From the NCBI RefSeq assembly GCF_049243625.1, contig NZ_CP046975.1: 32,000 bases of DNA, one strand, 5' to 3'. Shown here one piece after another: positions 16,387 through 23,581 of the stretch. The notes below the pieces were generated by a model. It saw nothing but the letters and a program-made list of their open reading frames with translations, was not told the origin of the DNA and did no database searches. Positions within the stretch are counted from its first letter, which is position 1; each line of letters opens with the position of its first letter. A program made the translations under genes and the position numbers. Origin of the DNA: Corynebacterium amycolatum (GTDB lineage Bacteria > Actinomycetota > Actinomycetes > Mycobacteriales > Mycobacteriaceae).

Positions 16387-17526
16387 ATGGCACGCAGAAC
16401 AAAGGGGCTTACCCCCCTGCCGTCTGGAAACGTCCGGGCACGCTACCAACACAAAGGCCGGACTTACTACAAGACTTTTCCTAACATGGAGCAGGCGAGA
16501 GCCTGGCGAAGCAAAGAGCTAACATTAATCCACGATGATGTTTGGACTCCGCCGGCCGAAAGAGAAGGTAGAAAGAAGCGCACCGGGCTAACGGTCGCTG
16601 AGTATTTCGAGACCCTGCCAACGAAACGGAATTGGGAACCGACCACAGAACGCGGTTACAGGTCAATGTTCACCAACGACATTGCGCCGACTTTCGGAGA
16701 AATGCACCTAGCGGCGATTACACGCGCCGAAGTACGCAAATGGTATGACAGCATGGTCAAGGCCAATAAAGACCGTAAAAAGCGGAATAGGGACGTTTAT
16801 AGCCTGCTTAAAACGATCTTCTCCCAAGCGGTTGAAGATGAACTTGTCCAAGTCAGCCCCGTGAACATCCCAGGAGCGTCTACGCGACCGTCTGCCAAAA
16901 AAGAGCAGGAGATCCCCACGGCACAGGAGTTCGCCAAGCTAGTTGCCGCAGTCCCCGAACGGTATCGAGTCCCCACAATGGTCGCAGCCGTGTGCGCGCT
17001 ACGCATTGGCGAATGGGCGGAACTTCGCCGAAAAGACGTGCGTAGGGACTCGGCTACAGGGGTTATGAAAGTCCACGTATGCCGACAAGTCCGTGAAGCT
17101 AAAGGGAAAAGCGGAAAGGTTGTGGTGCCGTTTACGAAGACCAAACAGGATCGTTGGGTCACAGTACCCGCCGCAATCGTTCCTGCACTTGAACAGCACA
17201 TTGGCACCTATGCAGGGGCGGGGCGTGACGGTTTACTGTTCCCGAACAAAGAAGGGGACTGGGTAGACCGTCGCCGCTTTAATCGAATGCTCAAGGCCGC
17301 ATGTCACGAAGCGCTGGGACATGACAATATCCATAGCCACATTCTTCGGCACTATGGCGGTACTCAATTCGCTATGGCGGGCGGCACAATGGCTGAGACT
17401 ATGGCGAGGTTGGGGCACACAACTACGTCAGCGGCTTTGCGTTATCAGCACGCGGCCGAGGTGCGCGATGTTGAGGTCGCTAACCGCATGGTTATGCCGT
17501 TGGTTGCGGTGCCAGACGTAGCGTAA
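16387..17526 (+). CDS. int: Tyrosine-type site-specific integrase
   Basis: Catalytic pattern R (ALRIGEWAEL), HxxR (HILRHYGG) and Y (ALRYQH), with an N-terminal SAM-like domain. The start is set at ATG 16387 (MARRTKGL...). The track start at 16324 would run through the arm-type repeats. Confidence 0.9.
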   Translation: MARRTKGLTPLPSGNVRARYQHKGRTYYKTFPNMEQARAWRSKELTLIHDDVWTPPAEREGRKKRTGLTVAEYFETLPTKRNWEPTTERGYRSMFTNDIAPTFGEMHLAAITRAEVRKWYDSMVKANKDRKKRNRDVYSLLKTIFSQAVEDELVQVSPVNIPGASTRPSAKKEQEIPTAQEFAKLVAAVPERYRVPTMVAAVCALRIGEWAELRRKDVRRDSATGVMKVHVCRQVREAKGKSGKVVVPFTKTKQDRWVTVPAAIVPALEQHIGTYAGAGRDGLLFPNKEGDWVDRRRFNRMLKAACHEALGHDNIHSHILRHYGGTQFAMAGGTMAETMARLGHTTTSAALRYQHAAEVRDVEVANRMVMPLVAVPDVA

Positions 17527-17548
17527 GACGAGAAGTAAAAGGCCCACC

Positions 17549-17585
17549 CCCCGTTGTGATGTCTATCACACAACGGGGTTTTTCT
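17549..17585 (+). terminator. Intrinsic terminator after int
   Basis: CCCCGTTGTG (17549-17558) pairs with CACAACGGGG (17569-17578), followed by TTTTTCTT. Confidence 0.75.
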
Positions 17586-17670
17586 TACCCACTGGTTCGC
17601 AAGCGCATGCGAGTCTGGCCATGAATAAAACACACGTTCCCTTAGTTGTTTGGTGAGTGAAAACTAGTCC

Positions 17671-17710
17671 CTGTAGACCCCTGTAGGTCACTGTAGGCCA
17701 CTGTGTGCCA
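17671..17710 (+). repeat. Four head-to-tail 10-bp repeats CTGTAGACCC CTGTAGGTCA CTGTAGGCCA CTGTGTGCCA
   Basis: Read directly from the sequence. The period is exactly 10 bp, in the AT-rich int-xis intergenic region. The nearby palindrome CGCATAATATGCG is at 17731-17743. Confidence 0.85.
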
Positions 17711-18020
17711 TAAGATGAAACGCAAGAAAAACGCATAATATGCGATATGTTGCAATATATTACGTGTTGCAAAAACGAGACAGCTAATGATAAAGCGAGT
17801 CAAGAGAACCTGACACCAGCACAACCAGGCCAAACAAGATAATATATGTCGTATCCAAACAAGTCATTACCTTCGACACATCACTTCGATTCAGTGCGTG
17901 CCCACCACGTAAGGGGGTAGCGACCCGTTTGGATGATCACCCCACTTAGAGCCAGCTACAGCCACCAAAGCAATACAAGGAAGAGTGAGAACGAGTAGTT
18001 AAGAAAGAGAGAAAATCTAA

Positions 18021-18200
18021 GTGGAAACATCATCTAAATGGGTTAAAGTTTCCGAAATTGCGAACGAATACGGCCTAACTAAAACAACCGTCTACAACCT
18101 CGTTCGTGACGGAAAAATCGAAGCTAGCTACATCACGAAACGACAGCTCCGCATCAACCGCGACTCTATGCAAGCGCACGTCAAAGCAAACGCCGCATAA
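18021..18200 (+). CDS. xis: Excisionase-family helix-turn-helix DNA-binding protein (59 aa; not in the ORF track)
   Basis: The GTG start is preceded by a purine-rich stretch (AAGAAAGAGAGAAAA). The translation VETSSKWVKVSEIANEYGLTKTTVYNLVRDGKIEASYITKRQLRINRDSMQAHVKANAA has the MerR-like/excisionase HTH pattern. Confidence 0.75.
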   Translation: METSSKWVKVSEIANEYGLTKTTVYNLVRDGKIEASYITKRQLRINRDSMQAHVKANAA

Positions 18201-18234
18201 GACAACCGCAACCACACAGATACGGAGAACCATC

Positions 18235-18375
18235 GTGATCAATATCAAGAAAATCGCAACCAGCGCCGGATACAACACAACTACCGGCACCGATCTCAAA
18301 GCAGAACCGGACACAATCAACCTGCAAGCCCTCAGCGACGATCTACGCGCATACGAGGATCTAACCGGCGAATAG
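18235..18375 (+). CDS. Small hypothetical protein (46 aa), or the N-terminal part of a longer gene interrupted by TAG
   Basis: GTG 18235 has GGAG 8 nt upstream. The upstream part of track ORF 18106-18375 overlaps xis out of frame. The gene ends at TAG 18373-18375, in the same frame as the next open stretch. Confidence 0.4.
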   Translation: MINIKKIATSAGYNTTTGTDLKAEPDTINLQALSDDLRAYEDLTGE

Positions 18376-18936
18376 CCCGCTGACGAACTGATCGAGCAGC
18401 ACCTAACCGCCTATCAGTGGTGCCACACATGCAGCCACAAACCAGGCTCACCAGTTCGTAATGGCATCGCATGGCAAATCGGCCTAGACACCGGAACCTA
18501 CGGCAACACCACCGAACTGCTACTAAGCCGCCGCCACCGCCGGCAGCTCCCTAACGTCCCGAAAGTCCGCGATTGGGAACTATTCGGCGCCGACGAATAC
18601 CTAGCCCGGCGCCAATGCCGCGAAGAAAAGCGACGCAGCCAGGGCAACACTCAGCCGGGCGGGTTTTACGACTCATGGACACCACGCGACCAGCTCGAAC
18701 GTTTCGGGTTCGTAGAGCCTGTCACAAGCGAACTGCTAGGCGCCGTGACCACGCACGACACCGGTAACGCCGTGAATTTCTGGCAGCGTAGCGACACCCC
18801 GGCCGTGGTGTACGTACAGACCACGACACAGGAAAAGGAGGGCGTAGCAGTCCCCTTAGACGGGGAAGATCTGTACTGGCTCGCTGAGGTTATCACGGAG
18901 ATTCTGGCAGACCAGGGCGAGGGGGAGATTAGCTAG
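18376..18936 (+). CDS. Hypothetical protein with an unresolved start
   Basis: 187 codons are open directly after the TAG at 18373. No ATG, GTG or TTG occurs in frame until GTG 18745 (the track ORF 18745-18936). The upstream 123 codons still look coding (WCHTCSH..., RQCREEKRR...). Confidence 0.4.
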   Translation, partial: PADELIEQHLTAYQWCHTCSHKPGSPVRNGIAWQIGLDTGTYGNTTELLLSRRHRRQLPNVPKVRDWELFGADEYLARRQCREEKRRSQGNTQPGGFYDSWTPRDQLERFGFVEPVTSELLGAVTTHDTGNAVNFWQRSDTPAVVYVQTTTQEKEGVAVPLDGEDLYWLAEVITEILADQGEGEIS

Positions 18937-19523
18937 TGACCACAGCAAAAACCCCCGGTTGGGAAACCCGGGGGCTAAATAAAGAGCTAAAAGGTGCGCG
19001 TAGCAATTATAGCGTATCCCCGCCGGTAAAGCCTATGGTTTGGGAAACGTTAGCGGAAGAAGCCTTAGCGCTACTAGCGTCCTGCACTGCTGAAATGACC
19101 GTGTACGTAATCAATCAGCACAAACTTAACGCGCAGCATTTTCCCGCGCTCTACAAGCTGGCATACCTAGACATTTCCAAGCGCGCCCATGCCCTCGTAA
19201 AGAGCGGTAAACCGTTAGACCGTGTGGACATGGTGGAGGTCGGTCAATGGCTACAGGAACAGCAGGAACGCGCCGGAACGCAGGTGTGGCGACGTATCAC
19301 CGGCAATCAACTGTTTTCCCCAGCCGTGCCGTATGGAATGGCGGAAACAGCGCTAATCGACCGCGCCGTAAAGGAGTTGAAGCAGCAACACAAATTCCAG
19401 TCGATTAACAACGTTCGGGAATACCTTACCGACTACTTGAACACCGGAGATCTTAAATACGCGATGTTGGCCGGGAACCGGCTCGCAGAGACGCTCAAAG
19501 ACTGGAAAGAGGTGGCAGTATGA
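18936..19523 (+). CDS. Hypothetical protein (195 aa)
   Basis: The GTG start overlaps the previous stop (TAGTG), suggesting translational coupling. No family recognised. Confidence 0.6.
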   Translation: MTTAKTPGWETRGLNKELKGARSNYSVSPPVKPMVWETLAEEALALLASCTAEMTVYVINQHKLNAQHFPALYKLAYLDISKRAHALVKSGKPLDRVDMVEVGQWLQEQQERAGTQVWRRITGNQLFSPAVPYGMAETALIDRAVKELKQQHKFQSINNVREYLTDYLNTGDLKYAMLAGNRLAETLKDWKEVAV

Positions 19524-19553
19524 TAAGCCCTTTTGAAAAATATCTACATGTCA

Positions 19554-19640
19554 CTGAGATTAGAGATTGGGGTTATTTATACGCTTTGACCTGCTTTAAT
19601 ATGTCTCAATTCCGTATTGAGATTGGCTGAGATTGGGGGG
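19554..19640 (+). repeat. Four GAGATT(GG) repeats plus a TCTCAAT/ATTGAGA inverted repeat immediately upstream of the primase gene
   Basis: GAGATT at 19556, 19563, 19619 and 19629. The inverted repeat is 19604-19610 with 19616-19622. Confidence 0.75.
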
Positions 19641-19645
19641 TTGAA

Positions 19646-21175
19646 ATGCAAGAAAAACTGTATGTGTTCAGCTCGTCTACCAGTCTCGATAATGCCGATG
19701 TACTCTACCGGCAGGTTTTTAAGGTTGATGGGTACGCCACTCTGTTCCGCAAGGAGTGCGGGGATTATTACTTGTGGTCTGATGGGGTTTGGGCTGACTG
19801 TCGTCGCAGTCGCGCGGAATCAGTACTAGCCAACCGGCTTGTTAATGCCCGTGTCCGCGCGATTCGGCCACCCTTGACGGGCGGGGGCGCAGGGTCGGCG
19901 CTCGATGATCCGCAGGAGCGGGAAGAGCAGCAGTCCCTAGAGTGGTCGGCGTCTAAGGTAGTCGCACTCGTTGACGGCATGGGGCAGCTCCACCCGTATG
20001 AAGAGCAGGATCTGGAAACCTCGCAGCGCTATATTGGTATGGCTAATGGCATGTACGACGTGGACACGGGGGAACTGCTGGACTGGTCTCCTCGGTTTGG
20101 TAATGAGTGGCGACTTCCGTTCGACTACCAACCCGAAGCTACGTGCCCAACGTTCGATAGCTACCTGGACTCGATAACGGAGGGCCTGCCACAAACGAAG
20201 AGGTTCCTACTGCAGTGGCTCGGCTATCTCGTATCCGGGCGGACGGACCTGCAAAAGGGTGTGTACTTGATGGGTGCAACCCGCTCGGGTAAGTCAACGT
20301 TCGCAGATGTATGCGCGGCATTGGTTGGGGAATCTAACACGGCGGCACCACGCGGAGACGTGGGGCAGTTCTCTACAAAGCAGTGGGAGGGTAAAAGCCT
20401 GGTGGCGTTTTCCGATGTCCGCAGCGTCAACGACCCCCGCAAGCTCGCTGAGATCCTGTTGCAGGTTATTGGCAATGATCGGGTGACCGTGGAGGGTAAA
20501 GGCAAAGATGAACGCACCGTTCGGCTCCATTCGCGGGTGATGGTCTGCTCCAATACTGCAATCCCTATTTACGATATTGCCGGGGTTGCCCAAAACAGGT
20601 TCATTGGCGTGTACCTGCCTATCTCATTTAGGGGCAAAGAAGATAGCGACCTGGGGCGGCGTATCGCGGCGGAAATGCCCGGCATTTTTAACCGCGCCCT
20701 CGATGGGCTGGCAGACCTCGAAAAGCAAGGAACATTCACTGAACCGGAACAACATGGCTACGTCATGGACCAACTGCGGATTGCAGGGTCAGCCGTTTCA
20801 GAGTTCTACAGCGAAGCGCTGGAAGCTGCTGGCATTGAGCATGTGCTGAGTGTGCAAGACATTAGAACCGCACTCGACGCATACCTCACAAGGCAGGGAA
20901 TCACTAAGGTTCCACGGGAGGAAAAGACTCTCAACGGCATCGAAGGGCGCTGTGCCCAATTGGACTATGAAGTCTCCAAACCTAAAGACGATGACGGAAA
21001 GAGTTGGCGCTGTGTCTCGGGCGTGAAGTTCACAGCACAGTTCGCCACCTATCGCACGACCCACAGCGACAACGCGGAGCGTGCTCGAAACGCACAGGCG
21101 CGCAGGGGCGACAAACCCAACATGCAACCACGAGACGAAAAAGCCGGTCACCCCGCACAGCTACAGCTGAATTAG
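19646..21175 (+). CDS. Phage/plasmid primase-helicase (P4/D5 family, SF3 NTPase C-terminal domain)
   Basis: 509 aa. Walker A GATRSGKST. The surrounding region is typical of D5_N/P4-family primase C-terminal domains (FLLQWLGYLVSG..., VAFSDV, VMVCSNT). Confidence 0.82.
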   Translation: MQEKLYVFSSSTSLDNADVLYRQVFKVDGYATLFRKECGDYYLWSDGVWADCRRSRAESVLANRLVNARVRAIRPPLTGGGAGSALDDPQEREEQQSLEWSASKVVALVDGMGQLHPYEEQDLETSQRYIGMANGMYDVDTGELLDWSPRFGNEWRLPFDYQPEATCPTFDSYLDSITEGLPQTKRFLLQWLGYLVSGRTDLQKGVYLMGATRSGKSTFADVCAALVGESNTAAPRGDVGQFSTKQWEGKSLVAFSDVRSVNDPRKLAEILLQVIGNDRVTVEGKGKDERTVRLHSRVMVCSNTAIPIYDIAGVAQNRFIGVYLPISFRGKEDSDLGRRIAAEMPGIFNRALDGLADLEKQGTFTEPEQHGYVMDQLRIAGSAVSEFYSEALEAAGIEHVLSVQDIRTALDAYLTRQGITKVPREEKTLNGIEGRCAQLDYEVSKPKDDDGKSWRCVSGVKFTAQFATYRTTHSDNAERARNAQARRGDKPNMQPRDEKAGHPAQLQLN

Positions 21176-21273
21176 GGGTTTATCTCAGCAATCTTAGCGA
21201 ATCTCAACCACTGAATACGCTGCATTATTGCAGTTCAGAGACGGTATCTAGGGGCTTATCTTCCAATCTCAGT
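21173..21273. repeat. Reverse-orientation copies of the GAGATTGG repeat and a ~22-bp direct repeat just 3' of the primase gene (candidate replication origin)
   Basis: CCAATCTCAG (21263-21272) is the exact reverse complement of CTGAGATTGG (19627-19636). AATCTC occurs at 21200 and 21265. TAGGGGYTTATCT..CAATCT occurs at 21173 and 21249, flanking the palindrome CTGCATTATTGCAG. Confidence 0.55.
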
Positions 21274-21663
21274 GTTTTGCAAAATTCTCCACTGAAAAAC
21301 ACGACAACACCAGCCGGGGATAAGTCCTAACCCGTCCAACATTGATGAAACTGTCACGTGCCCAACTCGTTCCCGGGCGCACGCGCGCGCGGTATATAGT
21401 CCAGAAACAAAAGAGCGCTGTGGCTCGTTTTAAGCGCTTGGGGGCTACTTAGGTATGTGCGCTTATCGTTCAACGCTTTAGAAGTGATTTGTGAACAGGG
21501 GTTTTGCAGAGTTTTGGGCGGGGCACACCGTCTATCGCCTAGCGAGACGCTAGAGCCTACGCGCACCGGGCTAAACCACGGCAGGGGCGGGGTATAGGTG
21601 CACCGCGCGACAATTTCCCCTACGCCCCGGTATCAGCCCGGCGCGCCGGGCGGGTCTAGTGGG

Positions 21664-21888
21664 TTACTCAGCGTCCATGTGTTCCCGCATGGCTCGATTG
21701 AATACGTCGGCAATATCGGCGCCCGCGTTTCGGTCAATGCTGAGTATCTGGTCTGTGATGATCTCTAGGTGAGTATCGGTGATTGGTTCGCCCTCACCGG
21801 GACTTGGTACGCCTGGGAACATTGCGGCCATGAGAAGGCTGGATAGCCCCTCATAGATCCGTTCTGTGAGTGTTGGCTGAGTGTCCAT
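21664..21888 (-). CDS. Small acidic hypothetical protein (74 aa)
   Basis: The start is set at ATG 21888 (MDTQPTL...) with AAGGA upstream. The longer track ORF (to 21939) would overlap the CTGTCACG repeats. Confidence 0.5.
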   Translation of the reverse strand: MDTQPTLTERIYEGLSSLLMAAMFPGVPSPGEGEPITDTHLEIITDQILSIDRNAGADIADVFNRAMREHMDAE

Positions 21889-21916
21889 AGTTGGGTTGGT
21901 TTCCTTTGGCTTTAGG

Positions 21917-21955
21917 CTGTCACGGACTGAGACTGTCACGAAAAGCTGTCACGCG
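21917..21955 (+). repeat. Three CTGTCACG octamers near attR, including the 23-bp block 21933-21955
   Basis: CTGTCACG at 21917, 21933 and 21946, with one further copy at 21351. All are on the + strand. Confidence 0.8.
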
Positions 21956-22011
21956 ACATGGTAAGCGGGTGAATAAGTGCCCCTCACCAGCGGAGGAGCG
22001 AAAAAGTGGCG

Positions 22012-22030
22012 AAATCCCACATCCTCCGCA
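22012..22030 (+). repeat. attR core (duplicate of the tRNA-Ser 3' end)
   Basis: Exact 19-bp copy of 16197-16215. Confidence 0.9.
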
Positions 22031-22036
22031 GATTGA

Positions 22037-22064
22037 AAACCCCCGGTTATCGCCGGGGGTTTTC
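22037..22064 (+). terminator. Intrinsic terminator, probably the original tRNA-Ser terminator displaced by the insertion
   Basis: AAAACCCCCGG-ttatcg-CCGGGGGTTTT immediately after attR. Confidence 0.75.
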
Positions 22065-22126
22065 TTATGTTTTCAGCCATATACGCCACTCCGGAGTACA
22101 GTTAGTTTTGTACGTCGAAGCACGGA

Positions 22127-23581
22127 GTGGTCATTATGTTTAATAAGCGCCCGAGAATCCGAAGAGCCGGTCGAGACCGTACAGGTGCTCCTTTCGGCTC
22201 TTTAGGTTCTGGCCGGAAATTACGAGCTGCCATCGCGGCGGTGTCGGCTGTATCGCTCGCCACGCTGGCGGCGGGTTGTGGTTCGGAGGCTCAGCAGGAT
22301 TCGGCGCCGGTACTGCGGATTATGGGTCCGGCGGATGGTTCGGATCAGTATACGCAGGCGGCGCAGAAGTGCTCGGATGCGTCGGGCGGGAAGTATCGCC
22401 TGGAGTATGACATTTCGGCGAAGCAGACGGATGATCAGCGTCTTCAGTTGGCTCGTCGCATTGTGGGCGGAGATTCCTCGTTCGACATAATGGGCCTTGA
22501 TGTGACGTGGACTCCGGAGTTTGCGGAGGCGGGCTGGGCGCTCCCACTCCCGGAAGATATGGCCGAGCGCGTTACGGAGGGTACCCTGTCGGGTCCGTTG
22601 GATACGGCGACGTGGCAGGATCAGCTCTATGGTGCTCCGTTGAATACGAATACGCAGCTCCTGTGGTATCGAAAGTCGCTGGTAGATGGCCCGCCGAAGA
22701 CGTGGGATGACTTAATCGCGACGGGGGAGAGGCTCGCCGATGAGGGCAAGCCGTCGATGATTGGCGTCCAGGCTGCCCAGTTTGAGGGCTCGGTGGTGTG
22801 GCTCAATTCGATGACAGCGTCGGCGGGCGGTCAGCTAGTCGCGCCGGATGGGCAGTCGGTCACAATTGCGGATAACGATGCCGCGGAGCGCGCCTTGAGC
22901 ACCATGCATCGCGTGGCCACGGCGAAGGGGCATGACCCGTCGATTTCGCAGTCGGATGAGAACCAGGCTCGTCTGGCATTCGACCGCGGCGATGCATTTG
23001 CGCAGGTGAATTACCCATTTGTTTATGCCGGTGCGAAGGAGAAGGCGGAGTCGGGAAATCAGGTGGCCAAGGAGGTCTTCGAAGACATGGCCTGGACCAC
23101 CTACCCGGCGATGGATGAGGGCACACCGGCGCAGGTCACGATTGGTGGCCTTAACCTTGCGGTGCCGTCGACGTCGAAGCACCCGGAGCTCGCTTTCGAG
23201 GCCATCGACTGCCTGCGCAATGAGCAAAACCAGCTCAACAACGCGTTGAAGGGTGGTCTGCCGCCGACGTTGGCGAAGCTTTACACGCAGGCCACGGATG
23301 AATTCAAGGAGGAATACCCGTTCTACCGCGAGATCTACGAGCAGTTGAACACGTTGGAGGAAGCCGATTCGGCTGAGCTGTCGCAGGAGGAGCGGGCGCT
23401 GTTACCGTCGCCACGCACGGCCGGTGTGGTGACGCGCCCGAAGTCCCCTGCGTACCAGTCGTTGTCGATTTTGATGGCGTCGCGCATTAGTCCACCGGAG
23501 GATGTTGATGCGAAGTCGCTGGTCGGCACGCTTGATGAGGAACTTCAGGCGGCCGTGAACTCGGAAGGCCTGGTGCCGTAA
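22127..23581 (+). CDS. Sugar ABC transporter substrate-binding lipoprotein (LpqY-like)
   Basis: Signal peptide with lipobox LAAGC. Family-1 solute-binding protein length. First gene of an SBP, two permeases and ATPase operon whose order and sizes match LpqY-SugABC-type trehalose importers of Corynebacteriales. The substrate is inferred only. The start could be 22127 or ATG 22136. Confidence 0.82.
   Translation: MVIMFNKRPRIRRAGRDRTGAPFGSLGSGRKLRAAIAAVSAVSLATLAAGCGSEAQQDSAPVLRIMGPADGSDQYTQAAQKCSDASGGKYRLEYDISAKQTDDQRLQLARRIVGGDSSFDIMGLDVTWTPEFAEAGWALPLPEDMAERVTEGTLSGPLDTATWQDQLYGAPLNTNTQLLWYRKSLVDGPPKTWDDLIATGERLADEGKPSMIGVQAAQFEGSVVWLNSMTASAGGQLVAPDGQSVTIADNDAAERALSTMHRVATAKGHDPSISQSDENQARLAFDRGDAFAQVNYPFVYAGAKEKAESGNQVAKEVFEDMAWTTYPAMDEGTPAQVTIGGLNLAVPSTSKHPELAFEAIDCLRNEQNQLNNALKGGLPPTLAKLYTQATDEFKEEYPFYREIYEQLNTLEEADSAELSQEERALLPSPRTAGVVTRPKSPAYQSLSILMASRISPPEDVDAKSLVGTLDEELQAAVNSEGLVP

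Larger units (their letters stand above)
16197..22030 (+). mobile_element. 5.8-kb integrative element inserted in the 3' end of tRNA-Ser: int, xis-like gene, unknown ORFs, primase-helicase. No capsid or transfer genes recognised.
   Basis: It is bounded by 19-bp direct repeats, one of which is the tRNA 3' end. A tyrosine integrase sits next to the tRNA. GC is visibly lower than in the flanks. The displaced tRNA terminator lies right after the right repeat. Both host-type over-represented motifs are absent inside. Confidence 0.85.

Noticed and set aside
17566-17833. Minus-strand ORFs (17566-17772 and 17642-17833) as a possible island repressor.
   Set aside because: No HTH pattern. Their Cys/Phe/Trp-rich composition is typical of random AT-rich ORFs, and they overlap each other and the 10-bp tandem repeats.
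21354-21566. 70-aa minus-strand ORF in the island's non-coding stretch.
   Set aside because: No RBS, odd composition and no motif. I treated the region as non-coding. See the finding on 21176-21663.
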